64,000 nt of DNA from an uncultured Pseudomonadota bacterium (GCA_963736005.1 CAVTNB010000001.1:896001-960000); one strand, 5' to 3'. Positions 40,415 to 49,823 are shown, counted from the first letter of the stretch. Notes: generated from the letters alone by a model not told the origin. Translations and numbers: made by a program.

Positions 40415-40882
40415 ATGGGTCGCTTGCACTATTGGGTCACGTGCGCCGCGGCAGCGAGCTTGGTTTTCGGGTGCACCCCGAGCGCGCCAAGTGCGCCGAA
40501 TGGCAATTCCATTGGAAACGGCGTCGTCGTTGGGGAAAGCCTTCTCAAGTACGGCCAGACCTCAAGCCAGTTTGGCATGGTCGGTGGCTTCAACCCGGCG
40601 ATCGTCGTGGTCGCGCATGGGACTACCGTCCAATTCCACAACGAAGATTCGTTCAGTCATACGGCAAGCATGGTGAATGGGCCACCCTTTCCCCCTGGCA
40701 ACCCGATACCGAACAGCGCTCTCACCCAGAGCGGCGCAGACGTTTCTCAACCAAGCTGGTCATCGGGCGCTCTCGTCGCAAATGCTTATTCGCAGCAGCT
40801 GCAAACGTCGACCATAGGCAGTTACTTCTTCGGCTGCTTCTATCATTATCCGATCATGAGGGGCGTCATCATTGTTCAGTAG
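40415..40882 (+). CDS. Cupredoxin (blue copper) lipoprotein
   Basis: Lipobox VFGC; FNP; type-1 Cu ligands H...C-x2-H-x3-M (CFYHYPIM). Confidence 0.82.
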   Translation: MGRLHYWVTCAAAASLVFGCTPSAPSAPNGNSIGNGVVVGESLLKYGQTSSQFGMVGGFNPAIVVVAHGTTVQFHNEDSFSHTASMVNGPPFPPGNPIPNSALTQSGADVSQPSWSSGALVANAYSQQLQTSTIGSYFFGCFYHYPIMRGVIIVQ

Positions 40883-42026
40883 GTCTCGCGCCGTTGCGCT
40901 CTTCGGCGGCGTTCTCATCCTGATTGCCGCAAAGCCCGCTCTTGCAGTTCCGATCTTTGCGGAACGCTACGGCCTCTCGTGCAGTGCTTGCCATACCGCG
41001 GTCCCGGATCTCAACGCCTTCGGTAACGCGTTTCGTCGTCATGGCTTTGTCTTACCAAATGTTCCCATGCACAAGTCGTTTCCGCTGGCGCTGCGTTTTC
41101 AAGAAACCTATATGAAGGATCTTCCGCAGTCGGCCACGCGACGTTTCAACGCGCTTGCCATCCTCATCTCGAGCTTCAATTTCGGATCGCATCAGTCGTT
41201 TTCGTATTTTGGTCGTTATTTTTTCGGAAGTCAGGGCGCACCAGGCAGCCTCTACTACTCGTGGGTGCAGCACGTGGATCCCGCTACCGGGCTGTACGAG
41301 CGGATTGGCTTGTTCAGTCTGCCGCTTATCGCCAATCCGACACAGCGTCTCGACACTATTACTCCACAACCAGCATACACGTACGAGGTTGGCCACAGTA
41401 GCGCGAACCTGGCCGATCCGCGTTGGGGGCTGATGGTTGGGCAACGGACGAGCCGCCTCGATCTTGACCTTGCATTTTCCACCGATGAGTATCACGGTGC
41501 AGCGTACGGAGCTCCCACCCCGCCCGGCGACCTCGCCCAGCGCTATGCATATCCGGAGCTCTTTGCCACCGCGACGACGGCGCTCGGTAGTGAATTCCGC
41601 GTTGGCATGCTCTCTCTCGAAGGCACGCGCAGCTTCACCTCCCGATCCAGCGGCGCCAAGTTCTCCGACTCTTACTATCGCAACGGCTTGCAAGCGGGAT
41701 GGAGTTCCGGGCCTTTCGATTTGGCCGCCCAGCAGATTTGGGGCCACGACAGCAACACAGATGGCTTTGGAACGCAGCAGGCCTCCAGCGCTGGCTTCGC
41801 AACGTTTAAGTATCGGCCAACGTCGCATTCCTATATTGGCGTACGCTATGACGCCGCGGCTAATCCGTTTGCGACTCGCGATTGGGCTTTTTATGGCGCC
41901 GTGGCCGTTACGCATCAATCTCGCTTGGTCTTGGAACACATCATGCCCATTAACGCCGTGGGTGCACAACAGCAAACAAACGCACAGCTCTTGTTTGCCC
42001 TGCCGGATCCCAATTGGGTTAAATAA
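40872..42026 (+). CDS. Cyc2-like monoheme cytochrome c fused to an outer-membrane beta-barrel
   Basis: Signal peptide, then PIFAERYGLSCSACHTAVPDLNAFGNAFRRHGF; amphipathic beta-strand pattern downstream. Confidence 0.78.
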   Translation: MFSRSRAVALFGGVLILIAAKPALAVPIFAERYGLSCSACHTAVPDLNAFGNAFRRHGFVLPNVPMHKSFPLALRFQETYMKDLPQSATRRFNALAILISSFNFGSHQSFSYFGRYFFGSQGAPGSLYYSWVQHVDPATGLYERIGLFSLPLIANPTQRLDTITPQPAYTYEVGHSSANLADPRWGLMVGQRTSRLDLDLAFSTDEYHGAAYGAPTPPGDLAQRYAYPELFATATTALGSEFRVGMLSLEGTRSFTSRSSGAKFSDSYYRNGLQAGWSSGPFDLAAQQIWGHDSNTDGFGTQQASSAGFATFKYRPTSHSYIGVRYDAAANPFATRDWAFYGAVAVTHQSRLVLEHIMPINAVGAQQQTNAQLLFALPDPNWVK

Positions 42027-42030
42027 GAAA

Positions 42031-42050
42031 GGGCGGCTTTACAGTCGCCC
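42031..42050. repeat. Degenerate REP class B
   Basis: gggcggctttacagtcgccc. Confidence 0.7.
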
Positions 42051-42117
42051 AGCATCGCTTGCGCCAGATGTTCTAGACATATTCCCACGCTGAGGGACGG
42101 CAATAGCTGAATTTAGT

Positions 42118-42167
42118 TTGACAAATGCTCTATTCCGTACTATTGTACTAGTGTACTAGTTCAATAG
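42118..42167 (+). promoter_or_regulatory. Sigma70 promoter with overlapping palindromic operator (likely for the GntR/YtrA regulator)
   Basis: TTGACA (42118) - 17 bp - TATTGT (42141); near-perfect 28-bp palindrome ctattgtactagtgtactagttcaatag 42140-42167. Confidence 0.8.
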
Positions 42168-42197
42168 CGAATTAGTCAACCGCAGAGGAGCACCATC

Positions 42198-42314
42198 ATG
42201 AACACCACAGTGCGCGTCCTTCCGAACACCGAGCACAAAGCCGAAGACCACTCTTTCGTAGGCATTCCCACCAGCACGTCGACGGTCTTCGCAGGCTGGG
42301 GCCCGAGGCTCTAA
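42198..42314 (+). CDS. 38-aa micro-ORF, first in the ytr-like operon
   Basis: GAGGAG RBS; ATG; stop 5 nt before GntR start; too short for the ORF track. Confidence 0.6.
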   Translation: MNTTVRVLPNTEHKAEDHSFVGIPTSTSTVFAGWGPRL

Positions 42315-42319
42315 CCAAC

Positions 42320-42742
42320 ATGCCAGCCATCTTCACGGTCGACCCGCACACCGGGGTCCCGATCTACCTCCAGCTCATCGAGCAAGTGAAGCGATCGGTA
42401 GCCCTGGGTGTGCTTTCGGCCGGCGAGCGGCTTCCAACGGTAAAGCAGCTAGCGTTCGATCTCACCATTAATCCTAACACCGTTGCCCGCGCTTACCGCG
42501 AGCTCGAGCGCGACGGCATCATCGAAACAAATGTTGGACGCGGCTCGTTTGTCCGCTCGCAGGGCGCCAGCGCTCGCGCTGCAACAGCGCTCGCCGACGT
42601 TTCGGCCTCCGCTATCGATACAGCTGTCCGCGAGGCGAAGTCGCTCGGTTTGAAGCGAAATCAGCTACACGATTTATTCAAAGAAGCTCTCGACCGCTGG
42701 TATTCGCCAAACGGCGAAGCCGAGGAGCGAAACAACTCATGA
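42320..42742 (+). CDS. GntR family regulator, YtrA subfamily
   Basis: PIYLQL, GERLPTVKQLA, INPNTVARAYRELE; short C-terminus; precedes ABC ATPase. Confidence 0.92.
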   Translation: MPAIFTVDPHTGVPIYLQLIEQVKRSVALGVLSAGERLPTVKQLAFDLTINPNTVARAYRELERDGIIETNVGRGSFVRSQGASARAATALADVSASAIDTAVREAKSLGLKRNQLHDLFKEALDRWYSPNGEAEERNNS

Positions 42743-43662
42743 CCGCAGATTCACCGAACCCCGTGATCAGTGTGCGGGGACTCAGCAAGCGATACGGCAC
42801 CACGCGTGCCGTCAACGATCTGAGCTTTGAGGTTTCCAAAGGCTCGATTTTTGGTTTGCTCGGCACGAACGGTGCCGGTAAGACGAGTACCTTCAAGTGT
42901 CTCTTGGGACTAGCACGGCCAAACGTTGGCGAAGTATTTTTCAATGGCCGGCCCCTCGCGCCAGAAATGTTCGAATCCATCTCATACGTTCCCGAGCAAC
43001 CCGCGTTGTACGAGGGGATGACTGGCCAGGAGCATCTTGACTGCGCGCGCCACGCCTTTCGCAACTACGATGTTGCCACCGCGAAGCACCTGGTTGACTT
43101 GTTTGGATTCGACGTCCGCAAGAAAGCCAAACAGCTTTCGAAGGGTCAAAAGAGCGCTTTGGCTATTACGCTTGCGTTTGCGATTAGGCCTGAAATTCTC
43201 GTGCTCGACGAGCCCTCGGCCGGTCTGGACCCAGTCCATCAACGCCATGTGCTTGATTTGATGATCGATGCCGCTGCTGGCGGCGGCACGGTTCTCTTCT
43301 CTTCTCACCAGATCGGCCAAGTCGAGCGCGCCGCCGATCATGTCGCCATCATGCATCGTGGCCAAGCCGTGCTTCAGGGTGACGTCGAACAGCTTCGGGC
43401 CGATGAGAAAGTCATCGAAGCCACCTTCGACGGCTCGGCGCCACTCATTGGAGGTTTGGAATCTGACCCTCATGTCCGGCGAGTAACGCGACAAGGTCGG
43501 TTGTTGCGGGTCTACGTTACTGCCGGTGAAAATGGCGTCGCCAGCATGGTGAATAGGGCGAGCCCGACCAGCTTGCGCGTTATGAATCAAAATTTGGAAG
43601 ATATCTTTTTAGCGGCGGTTGGCGACGAGGCGCCGGCCACACAAAGTATGGAGAGGGGCTAA
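42739..43662 (+). CDS. ABC transporter ATP-binding protein
   Basis: GTNGAGKT, LSKGQ, LDEP, SSH. Confidence 0.95.
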   Translation: MTADSPNPVISVRGLSKRYGTTRAVNDLSFEVSKGSIFGLLGTNGAGKTSTFKCLLGLARPNVGEVFFNGRPLAPEMFESISYVPEQPALYEGMTGQEHLDCARHAFRNYDVATAKHLVDLFGFDVRKKAKQLSKGQKSALAITLAFAIRPEILVLDEPSAGLDPVHQRHVLDLMIDAAAGGGTVLFSSHQIGQVERAADHVAIMHRGQAVLQGDVEQLRADEKVIEATFDGSAPLIGGLESDPHVRRVTRQGRLLRVYVTAGENGVASMVNRASPTSLRVMNQNLEDIFLAAVGDEAPATQSMERG

Positions 43663-43664
43663 CC

Positions 43665-44495
43665 GTGTATTACAAAGAGTTCCTGCGCGTGCGCCGGCTG
43701 TTTGTCGGCTTTGCGATAACGATCGTGGCGATCATGCTTTTCATCCTGTTGTTGAGCGGTCACAGCCACGTTAATGTCAGCTCGATGGCTCCCTCGCACC
43801 ACGCGGGGATGGTTGCGGAAGCAGGGGCCAACGACAGAACAAACATCCGCGGACCGGGCATCGAGGTGTCGGACGCGGGCCACGGATTCCCATTTGCCGT
43901 CTTGTTTGCAATTGCGGCCGTTGCCGCGGCGATCTTCGCGACGATTTTGGGCTGCTTTTTGGCTACCGAAAATAACGGTCACCTCGAGATCGCTTGGACC
44001 CGACCCGCCTCTCGAACCCAATATGCGCTTGCGGCCGTCGTCGCCGACGTTATTGGCATCCTTGCCGCATTCGCGTTTGTCGTGCTGGTTGAGGCCGTGC
44101 TGTTTTCCTTGAAGGGTTGGTGGCACTTCGCCTACATGGATCCATCGTTTTACCCGACGCTTGGTCGCTTTCTACTGTATCCGCTGGCGTGGTACGGTTT
44201 GGTGGCCGGCATTACTGCCTCGATGCGGGGCGGCGGTCTCGCGGCTGGGTTGGCTTGGCCGGCGGCTTCGATTCTCATCGTGCTCTCAAGCTTGAATCTC
44301 CCGCCGGCCATCCATACTATCCTCGGGCTGCTCGACTATCTCAATCCCATGATGTATGGCACCTATGCAGCCGGCAATGAGGCGGCGCGACACGTCATGA
44401 TGATGTCGCCTGCCGACGCGACGCTTGGGTTAGTGGGCATTACCGTTCTTGGTCTTTGTGCGGCACTCGTCCAGTGGCGCAGATTGGAGGCATAA
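43665..44495 (+). CDS. ABC transporter permease
   Basis: About six TM segments; WTRPASR motif; operon context. Confidence 0.8.
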   Translation: MYYKEFLRVRRLFVGFAITIVAIMLFILLLSGHSHVNVSSMAPSHHAGMVAEAGANDRTNIRGPGIEVSDAGHGFPFAVLFAIAAVAAAIFATILGCFLATENNGHLEIAWTRPASRTQYALAAVVADVIGILAAFAFVVLVEAVLFSLKGWWHFAYMDPSFYPTLGRFLLYPLAWYGLVAGITASMRGGGLAAGLAWPAASILIVLSSLNLPPAIHTILGLLDYLNPMMYGTYAAGNEAARHVMMMSPADATLGLVGITVLGLCAALVQWRRLEA

Positions 44496-44498
44496 CTC

Positions 44499-44636
44499 AT
44501 GCAGCTCTTTGGAACAACCTTCAACATGGATCTTGGTAGCTTTCGACTGCGCATCGCATTTGGGCTTGACGACCGCAGCGCCGATGTTGGTCCGACCCGC
44601 GTCGAGGACTTGCCCCGGTTGGAGCTTACGACGTAG
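44499..44636 (+). CDS. 45-aa micro-ORF, last in the ytr-like operon
   Basis: GGAGG RBS inside permease end; ATG 3 nt after permease stop. Confidence 0.5.
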   Translation: MQLFGTTFNMDLGSFRLRIAFGLDDRSADVGPTRVEDLPRLELTT

Positions 44637-44642
44637 GTTTTT

Positions 44643-44689
44643 GTCGCGATAAATTCGAGACACTACACGACGATGAATTTATTCGCGCG
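44643..44689 (-). repeat. Degenerate class C REP pair, one overlapping the AKR stop
   Basis: gtcgcgataaattcgagacactac 44643-44666; gaatttattcgcgcg 44675-44689. Confidence 0.7.
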
Positions 44690-45623
44690 CCGTGATCGAA
44701 TCGATGGCTGCCAACACCTCGGGAGCAAGGTGCGCCTCGCCGGCGCGAACGTTGGTCTCCACTTGGCTCGCATTCATCGCTCCGGCGATAACGCTGCCGA
44801 TATACGGGCGGCTTGCCAGCCAGCCGATCGAAAGCTCCGTCATACCGTGGCCGTGAGATTGGGCTAGCGCCGCAAGCTTCTCGACGATGGTCCAGTTGCG
44901 TTCGTTGAGATTCGTTGTTTGCGCTTGCGGATTGTTTGTAATTCGCGCACCCTCGGGTAGCGGCTGACCCTTTCGATACTTTCCCGTGAGCAAGCCACTC
45001 GCCAGCGGAAAATATGGCAGGATGCTCAGGCCAAATGCTTGGCACGCTGGCACCAGCTCGGCCTCAATAGAGCGATCGACGAGATTGTACTGGTTTTGAG
45101 CGCTGACAAAATGGGTGAGGTTGCGAAGCTCTGCGACGTAGTGAGCCTGCGCGGTTTGCCAGCCCGAAAAATTCGAGTGGCCCACGTAACGCACCTTACC
45201 ATGATGCACGAGGTCGTTTAAAGCGTCCATCGTCTCTTCGATGGGCGTTCTTGGGTCGGGAAGGTGGATCTGATAGAGATCGATGTAATCGGTCCCGAGT
45301 CGTTTGAGGCTGGCGTCGATGGCCTTCATGATGTAGCCGCGCGAAGCGCCGCTGCGCATTGGGCCCTCACCCATTTTCCCCGCAAACTTCGTCGCGATAA
45401 GCACCTGATCTCGCTTGCCCGCCAGTGCTTTGCCGAGATACTCCTCAGAAACTCCACGCGGTCCATAGGTGTCTGCCGTGTCAAAGAGGTTGATGCCGAG
45501 CTCGATCGCTTTCTGCACGACCGCGGTTGCGGCTTCTTGATTGGCGCGCGGCCCAAAGTTGTTGCATCCTACGCCCACAATGGAAACCAACAGGCCCGAT
45601 CTTCCCAGATTGCGATACTCCAT
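44679..45623 (-). CDS. Aldo/keto reductase
   Basis: FDTADTYG, IATK, SLKRLGTDYIDLYQIH, PLASGLLTGKY. Confidence 0.95.
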   Translation of the reverse strand: MEYRNLGRSGLLVSIVGVGCNNFGPRANQEAATAVVQKAIELGINLFDTADTYGPRGVSEEYLGKALAGKRDQVLIATKFAGKMGEGPMRSGASRGYIMKAIDASLKRLGTDYIDLYQIHLPDPRTPIEETMDALNDLVHHGKVRYVGHSNFSGWQTAQAHYVAELRNLTHFVSAQNQYNLVDRSIEAELVPACQAFGLSILPYFPLASGLLTGKYRKGQPLPEGARITNNPQAQTTNLNERNWTIVEKLAALAQSHGHGMTELSIGWLASRPYIGSVIAGAMNASQVETNVRAGEAHLAPEVLAAIDSITARE

Positions 45624-45664
45624 GGCAGCGCTTTAGCCACACGACGGCGGGATTCCGGCGCGGA

Positions 45665-46213
45665 CTAGCGGTCCACGCAACTGCGTTTGACATGCAGGGC
45701 GGCGAGGGGCGCGGTGAGATTGAGTTGGTCATCGCACAGGGCGCAAAACTCGTTCCCGGGGCCAAGAACCATTCGTCGCTGCCACAAAGATGCGCCGCCG
45801 GGGAGCGCTTGTTCTAAGATTTGGTACAGTTGCCCGTAACTGAGACCATCCGGCTTGTCGAACCAAAACGCATGCTGCGCCGAGAAGTTGACCAACCCAG
45901 AGCGGTGCCCATACACTCCGCCAGCTCCCCAGCTGGCGAAGACGGCAAGACGGTCGTGCGGCGTCTGCGCTGCGGCATGAACGGCAGCGTCATTGAGCCG
46001 ATCGAGCGCCGCCGAATTTTCCAGGACATACCAGTCCTCGTAGGCATGGGGTCGCGGAATCCAAGGCAGGTCACGAACGCGAAAGCTCTGCGACCTTACG
46101 AAACCTTCGATGTCTGCTCGCTGCAGAGCGCGATGAAATTCCGCGAGTTGACTTTCGTATTCGGCGCTGTCCGTCGCCGGAGCTTTGGTGTGCCAGAACA
46201 AATAGGCGAGCAT
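45665..46213 (-). CDS. Hypothetical protein
   Basis: MLAYLFWH, YEDWY, LWQRRMVLGP; fills the gap. Confidence 0.7.
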   Translation of the reverse strand: MLAYLFWHTKAPATDSAEYESQLAEFHRALQRADIEGFVRSQSFRVRDLPWIPRPHAYEDWYVLENSAALDRLNDAAVHAAAQTPHDRLAVFASWGAGGVYGHRSGLVNFSAQHAFWFDKPDGLSYGQLYQILEQALPGGASLWQRRMVLGPGNEFCALCDDQLNLTAPLAALHVKRSCVDR

Positions 46214-46255
46214 TTCGCGGGGCGTTGCAGGGCGGGGAGCGCGGGACCTCCATAA

Positions 46256-46314
46256 GGGCGACTTAACAGTCGCCCACTACGGTGGAAGAGGACGACTTGA
46301 CAGTTGCCCACTAT
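46256..46314 (-). repeat. Tandem class B REP pair
   Basis: gggcgacttaacagtcgcccactac 46256-46280; ggacgacttgacagttgcccactat 46290-46314. Confidence 0.88.
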
Positions 46315-46319
46315 GGTAG

Positions 46320-46352
46320 AAAAAAATGAGGGCCGTGGCGGGAACGGCCCTC
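46320..46352 (-). terminator. Rho-independent terminator
   Basis: gagggccgt/acggccctc 9-bp stem followed by a U-tract on minus strand, downstream of the lipoprotein gene. Confidence 0.75.
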
Positions 46353-46370
46353 GGGGGACGGGCCCGTGGC

Positions 46371-46399
46371 AGGCGGGCGATTTTGCAATCGCCGCCTAC
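46371..46399 (-). repeat. REP class A variant
   Basis: aggcgggcgattttgcaatcgccgcctac. Confidence 0.78.
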
Positions 46400-46414
46400 G
46401 GGGCTTTGGGGGAA

Positions 46415-47485
46415 TTAGCGAACCACGTGCCAGTCGACGATGAGACCTTGCGAACCGTTGGCGTATGTGATGACGCCATTGCCGTACTGGTCCACCGTGA
46501 ACGTCGCGACGGGGTTGTTCGAGGGATCGGTGATCTGACCGTTGATGGCGACGGTCGGGGGCGTGCCGCTCGAGGTCACGACGATCGAGTCGCCGTTCCA
46601 GAGCGTCCCTGTAATGTTGACGGATACGATGTCGCAGTTCGAGTCGAATTCAACCGATCCTGAGACGTTGGTCGTGCCGAGCGTTGTGCCGCCCGAGACG
46701 GTGAAGGGCGGAGCAGACGACAGCGTCAGCGAGCCCATCGGTCCACGGATGAACGTGCCAGCGTGCGAGCCAGCGAACGTCACATCCCCAGAGCCATCCA
46801 GGGTTATCGTGCCATTGGACAGCACGCCCATGTGGCCGTACGAGTGAGAGAGGTTGGCATTGTTCACCACTCGGCCGGAATTCGCGGAGAGTGTGTAGAC
46901 GTTCGAGCTCTGCGGAGCAACGGTGAACTGCCGGCCAAACTCGATCGTGGCACTGGTCGAGGTACCGATGTACACATCGCTTGTCACGACGGCTGAGAAG
47001 TTGCCCGGTGCGCCGGTGATTGCATAGTTCGTTGCGCGCGTGCTGAGCAGCGTGCCGGAGAGATTGTAATTCTTCGCGGTGCGCACGATCGACTCGCTCG
47101 ATGAGCTATTCATGGTTACAAGAGAAACCACGTCGCGGGCGAGCTCCGTGCATCCATTGTCATAGAAGTATTTGGTTTCGTACTGGGTTTGGGTCGGGCT
47201 GATGATGGTCACCGTGTGCTCGATACCGTTTCTGCACGAGCCCGCGGATTGGGCTGTGGAGGCGGCGGTGAGCGCAACACCCATGTTGCCGTTGAACAAT
47301 CCGGCATCAAGTGTTCCGGCCTCGATTGGATCGAAAGCGGCTTCCGTGCCGCCCTGGGCGACGTCTTGCTTGGACACGCTTTGGTCAGTCGAGCCAGAAT
47401 TCGAAGCTCCACCGAGTCCACCAGCGCCGCTGCAACCGGCGATGGCGACCGATGCGAGAATCGCGAGAAGAATGCGCGTTCGCAT
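46415..47485 (-). CDS. Ser/Thr/Gly-rich beta-structured lipoprotein
   Basis: Lipobox IAGC; beta-strand-rich composition. Confidence 0.8.
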   Translation of the reverse strand: MRTRILLAILASVAIAGCSGAGGLGGASNSGSTDQSVSKQDVAQGGTEAAFDPIEAGTLDAGLFNGNMGVALTAASTAQSAGSCRNGIEHTVTIISPTQTQYETKYFYDNGCTELARDVVSLVTMNSSSSESIVRTAKNYNLSGTLLSTRATNYAITGAPGNFSAVVTSDVYIGTSTSATIEFGRQFTVAPQSSNVYTLSANSGRVVNNANLSHSYGHMGVLSNGTITLDGSGDVTFAGSHAGTFIRGPMGSLTLSSAPPFTVSGGTTLGTTNVSGSVEFDSNCDIVSVNITGTLWNGDSIVVTSSGTPPTVAINGQITDPSNNPVATFTVDQYGNGVITYANGSQGLIVDWHVVR

Positions 47486-47667
47486 AGTTTTACTAACCCT
47501 TTCTCATGGACTTTTCATTCGCCGATTGTGTCAGCGGCATGCCGTCTTGGCATGCAGGTCCTTAAGGGTTAGGATACGATTCCGCCGGGTGGCGTGCATG
47601 AGGTGAAACTGAGGACACTATGAGATTTTGCCCAGATTTTGTCTGGGGCGCGAATTGATTCGAGACC

Positions 47668-48168
47668 TTACCGTAGCAGTTTCTCCATGGCCATTACGTC
47701 GATGAAGCGACCATCGAGCGTGCCTTGGTCCTCGAACGTGCCGACCTCTCGAAAGCCGCGCTTCCGATAGAGCGCTTGCCCGGCCTCATTAAAAGGAAAC
47801 GTGAAGAGGACGATTTTGTGAAAGTTGTGGCGACGGGCACGCCCCTCGATATCGTCGAGCAGGAGTTCGCCGATGCCACTGCCCCGCGCGGAGCGCTCCA
47901 CATAGACCGAAAGGTCCGCAACGCCGTCATACGCGCACCGATGCGAGTACGGGTTGAGCGCCGCCCAACCGACCACCTCACTCCCTCGCTGTGCGACGAT
48001 GACATCGTAGCGCTCCGACTGGCGCCCCAACAATTCGCGGACCTGTGATTCGGTCTTGCGATCGGCCTCGAGGGTTGCGATCCGATCCTCAATCCCCTGG
48101 TTGTATATCCGCGTGATGGCTCCCATGTCGGCATCGTTCGCCTTGCGGATAACCAGGGTCTCACTCAT
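47668..48168 (-). CDS. ArsN1/phosphinothricin-type N-acetyltransferase (GNAT)
   Basis: IYNQGIEDRIATLE, YSHRCAY.GVADLSVYV, FTFPFN..GQALY. Confidence 0.85.
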   Translation of the reverse strand: MSETLVIRKANDADMGAITRIYNQGIEDRIATLEADRKTESQVRELLGRQSERYDVIVAQRGSEVVGWAALNPYSHRCAYDGVADLSVYVERSARGSGIGELLLDDIEGRARRHNFHKIVLFTFPFNEAGQALYRKRGFREVGTFEDQGTLDGRFIDVMAMEKLLR

Positions 48169-48778
48169 GCGCGCACGCCTTTCCCTGGACGGCCTCGAGC
48201 CCTTCGCGGATGATTATAGGAACCATGATCGCAGCGGCGATCGGATCTGCCCACCACAGACCGAAGGCAGCATTGAGGATAAGGCCGACGAGCGCGATGG
48301 CGGACAGATACGCGCAGAATTCGGTCTGCTTTGAGTCCGCGACAAGCGCATGGCTACCGAGTCCATCAGCCACGCGGCGCTTGGCCTGCCGCAGCCACAC
48401 CATTGCTCCAAACGATCCCAGCAAAATGACAATGCCGAAGACAGAGCGATGCGGCCGATCGTGCCAAACGAGGCTTGCGATCGAATCGTATGCGATGTAC
48501 GCGGCTAATGCGAGCAAGAGAGCGCCTACGATCTGCAGACTGAGTCGTTCTCGCCGCTGTTGTCGCTCATCCGCAACGCCGGAGATGCCCCACAGGACAG
48601 CACCGGCCGAGCCGGCTTCGATGAGGCTGTCAAGCCCAAAGCCAAGGAGCGCGATGCTACCGGCGGCGACACCCGCTGGAATGGCCAGGATCGCTTCGAG
48701 CAGTGCCAGGATGATGGAAAGGACGCTGAGCCGCCTGCCAACCCGAAGGACAGCGTTGCGCTCTGAGGCTGACAGCAT
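48161..48778 (-). CDS. Cation efflux-type membrane protein
   Basis: SIALLGFGLDSLIE, WWADP; start MLSASE overlapping esterase stop. Confidence 0.85.
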   Translation of the reverse strand: MLSASERNAVLRVGRRLSVLSIILALLEAILAIPAGVAAGSIALLGFGLDSLIEAGSAGAVLWGISGVADERQQRRERLSLQIVGALLLALAAYIAYDSIASLVWHDRPHRSVFGIVILLGSFGAMVWLRQAKRRVADGLGSHALVADSKQTEFCAYLSAIALVGLILNAAFGLWWADPIAAAIMVPIIIREGLEAVQGKACAHE

Positions 48779-49782
48779 CAGACAAGCGCTTTGGCAAGTT
48801 CCGTGAACGAGCGGTCGTACCGATAGACGATGCCAAGATGCGAGTCGTCGAACTCTTCGTAGATATATTTGATGCCGAGTTCGTCGAGGCGCGAGCAGAA
48901 AATCCGCGCGCCAATATGCAAGTTCCACTCGTCTCGCAGCCCCGCATCGAGGTAGATCTTCTTCATCGAGCGCAAGGCGTCGGCGTGTTCGCGAGCCATA
49001 TGGACGGGATCGTTGGCTTCCCAGCGAGGCCACACGTCACCCCGAATCTCGCCGCTGGGGATCTGCACCGGCACGTCAATGCCCAGAGGCGCGTTTGGAT
49101 TCGGAGAGTAACATGCGGCCATGGCCAGGATGTTGAGCACGTCCATTGCTTCCTTGGTTTTTTTCGGAAGCGCTTCAAAGGATTGGAGGAAAGCTTCAAC
49201 GCCGCCGGCTTTTTGAATGCCTTGCGTAAATTTTGGGAAATCGGGCAGATAACAGTAGGCAAAATATGCGTCGCCCGCGTGCGAGCCAAGCGCCCCGAAG
49301 ATCTCCGGGTGTCGCATCGCAAGTCGCAGGGCGCCATAGCCCCCGCTTGATTTTCCGGTGACGCCGCGGTGGTCGCGCCCCGGCTTGGTGCGCAGCTGTT
49401 CGTCCACAAACGGCACGAGTTCTTCGGTGATGTAGGTTTCGTACTGGCCCGTTGCACTCGAATCGGCATACTGGCTGCCGCCAAGGCGCGTGAAGCAGTC
49501 TGGCAGCACGCAGATGCAGGGAGGCATAGCACCCTTATTGATGAGTCGATCCAGACGCCGGTCGATGCTTTCCGCCCAGGGGTCGTAGTTGAACATCATC
49601 CTCCCACTGCCCGTGAATCCCGACAGCCAATAGATGACCGGATAGCGATCCTTCGATCGGCTATAGGCTGGGGGCACGTAGCAGTAGAGGTCGCGATCGG
49701 CCGGATCGCCGAGCGCATTGCCCCTGAGCACGTTGGATTTGTGGGGCAGGACGAGAACTTCGCCGCGTTCTTGTACATTCAT
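48778..49782 (-). CDS. Putative esterase (enterochelin esterase-like)
   Basis: LRGNALGDP, GGSQY, GKSSGGYG, EEFDDSH. Confidence 0.88.
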   Translation of the reverse strand: MNVQERGEVLVLPHKSNVLRGNALGDPADRDLYCYVPPAYSRSKDRYPVIYWLSGFTGSGRMMFNYDPWAESIDRRLDRLINKGAMPPCICVLPDCFTRLGGSQYADSSATGQYETYITEELVPFVDEQLRTKPGRDHRGVTGKSSGGYGALRLAMRHPEIFGALGSHAGDAYFAYCYLPDFPKFTQGIQKAGGVEAFLQSFEALPKKTKEAMDVLNILAMAACYSPNPNAPLGIDVPVQIPSGEIRGDVWPRWEANDPVHMAREHADALRSMKKIYLDAGLRDEWNLHIGARIFCSRLDELGIKYIYEEFDDSHLGIVYRYDRSFTELAKALV

Positions 49783-49798
49783 GATGACGATTTATACG

Positions 49799-49823
49799 AG
49801 CGAACCTGAAGGTCCGCTGCTTC
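49799..49823 (-). repeat. Degenerate REP class D
   Basis: agcgaacctgaaggtccgctgcttc. Confidence 0.7.

Noticed and set aside
42198..42314. RiPP precursor interpretation
   Set aside because: No modifying enzymes, leader motif or peptidase-containing exporter nearby
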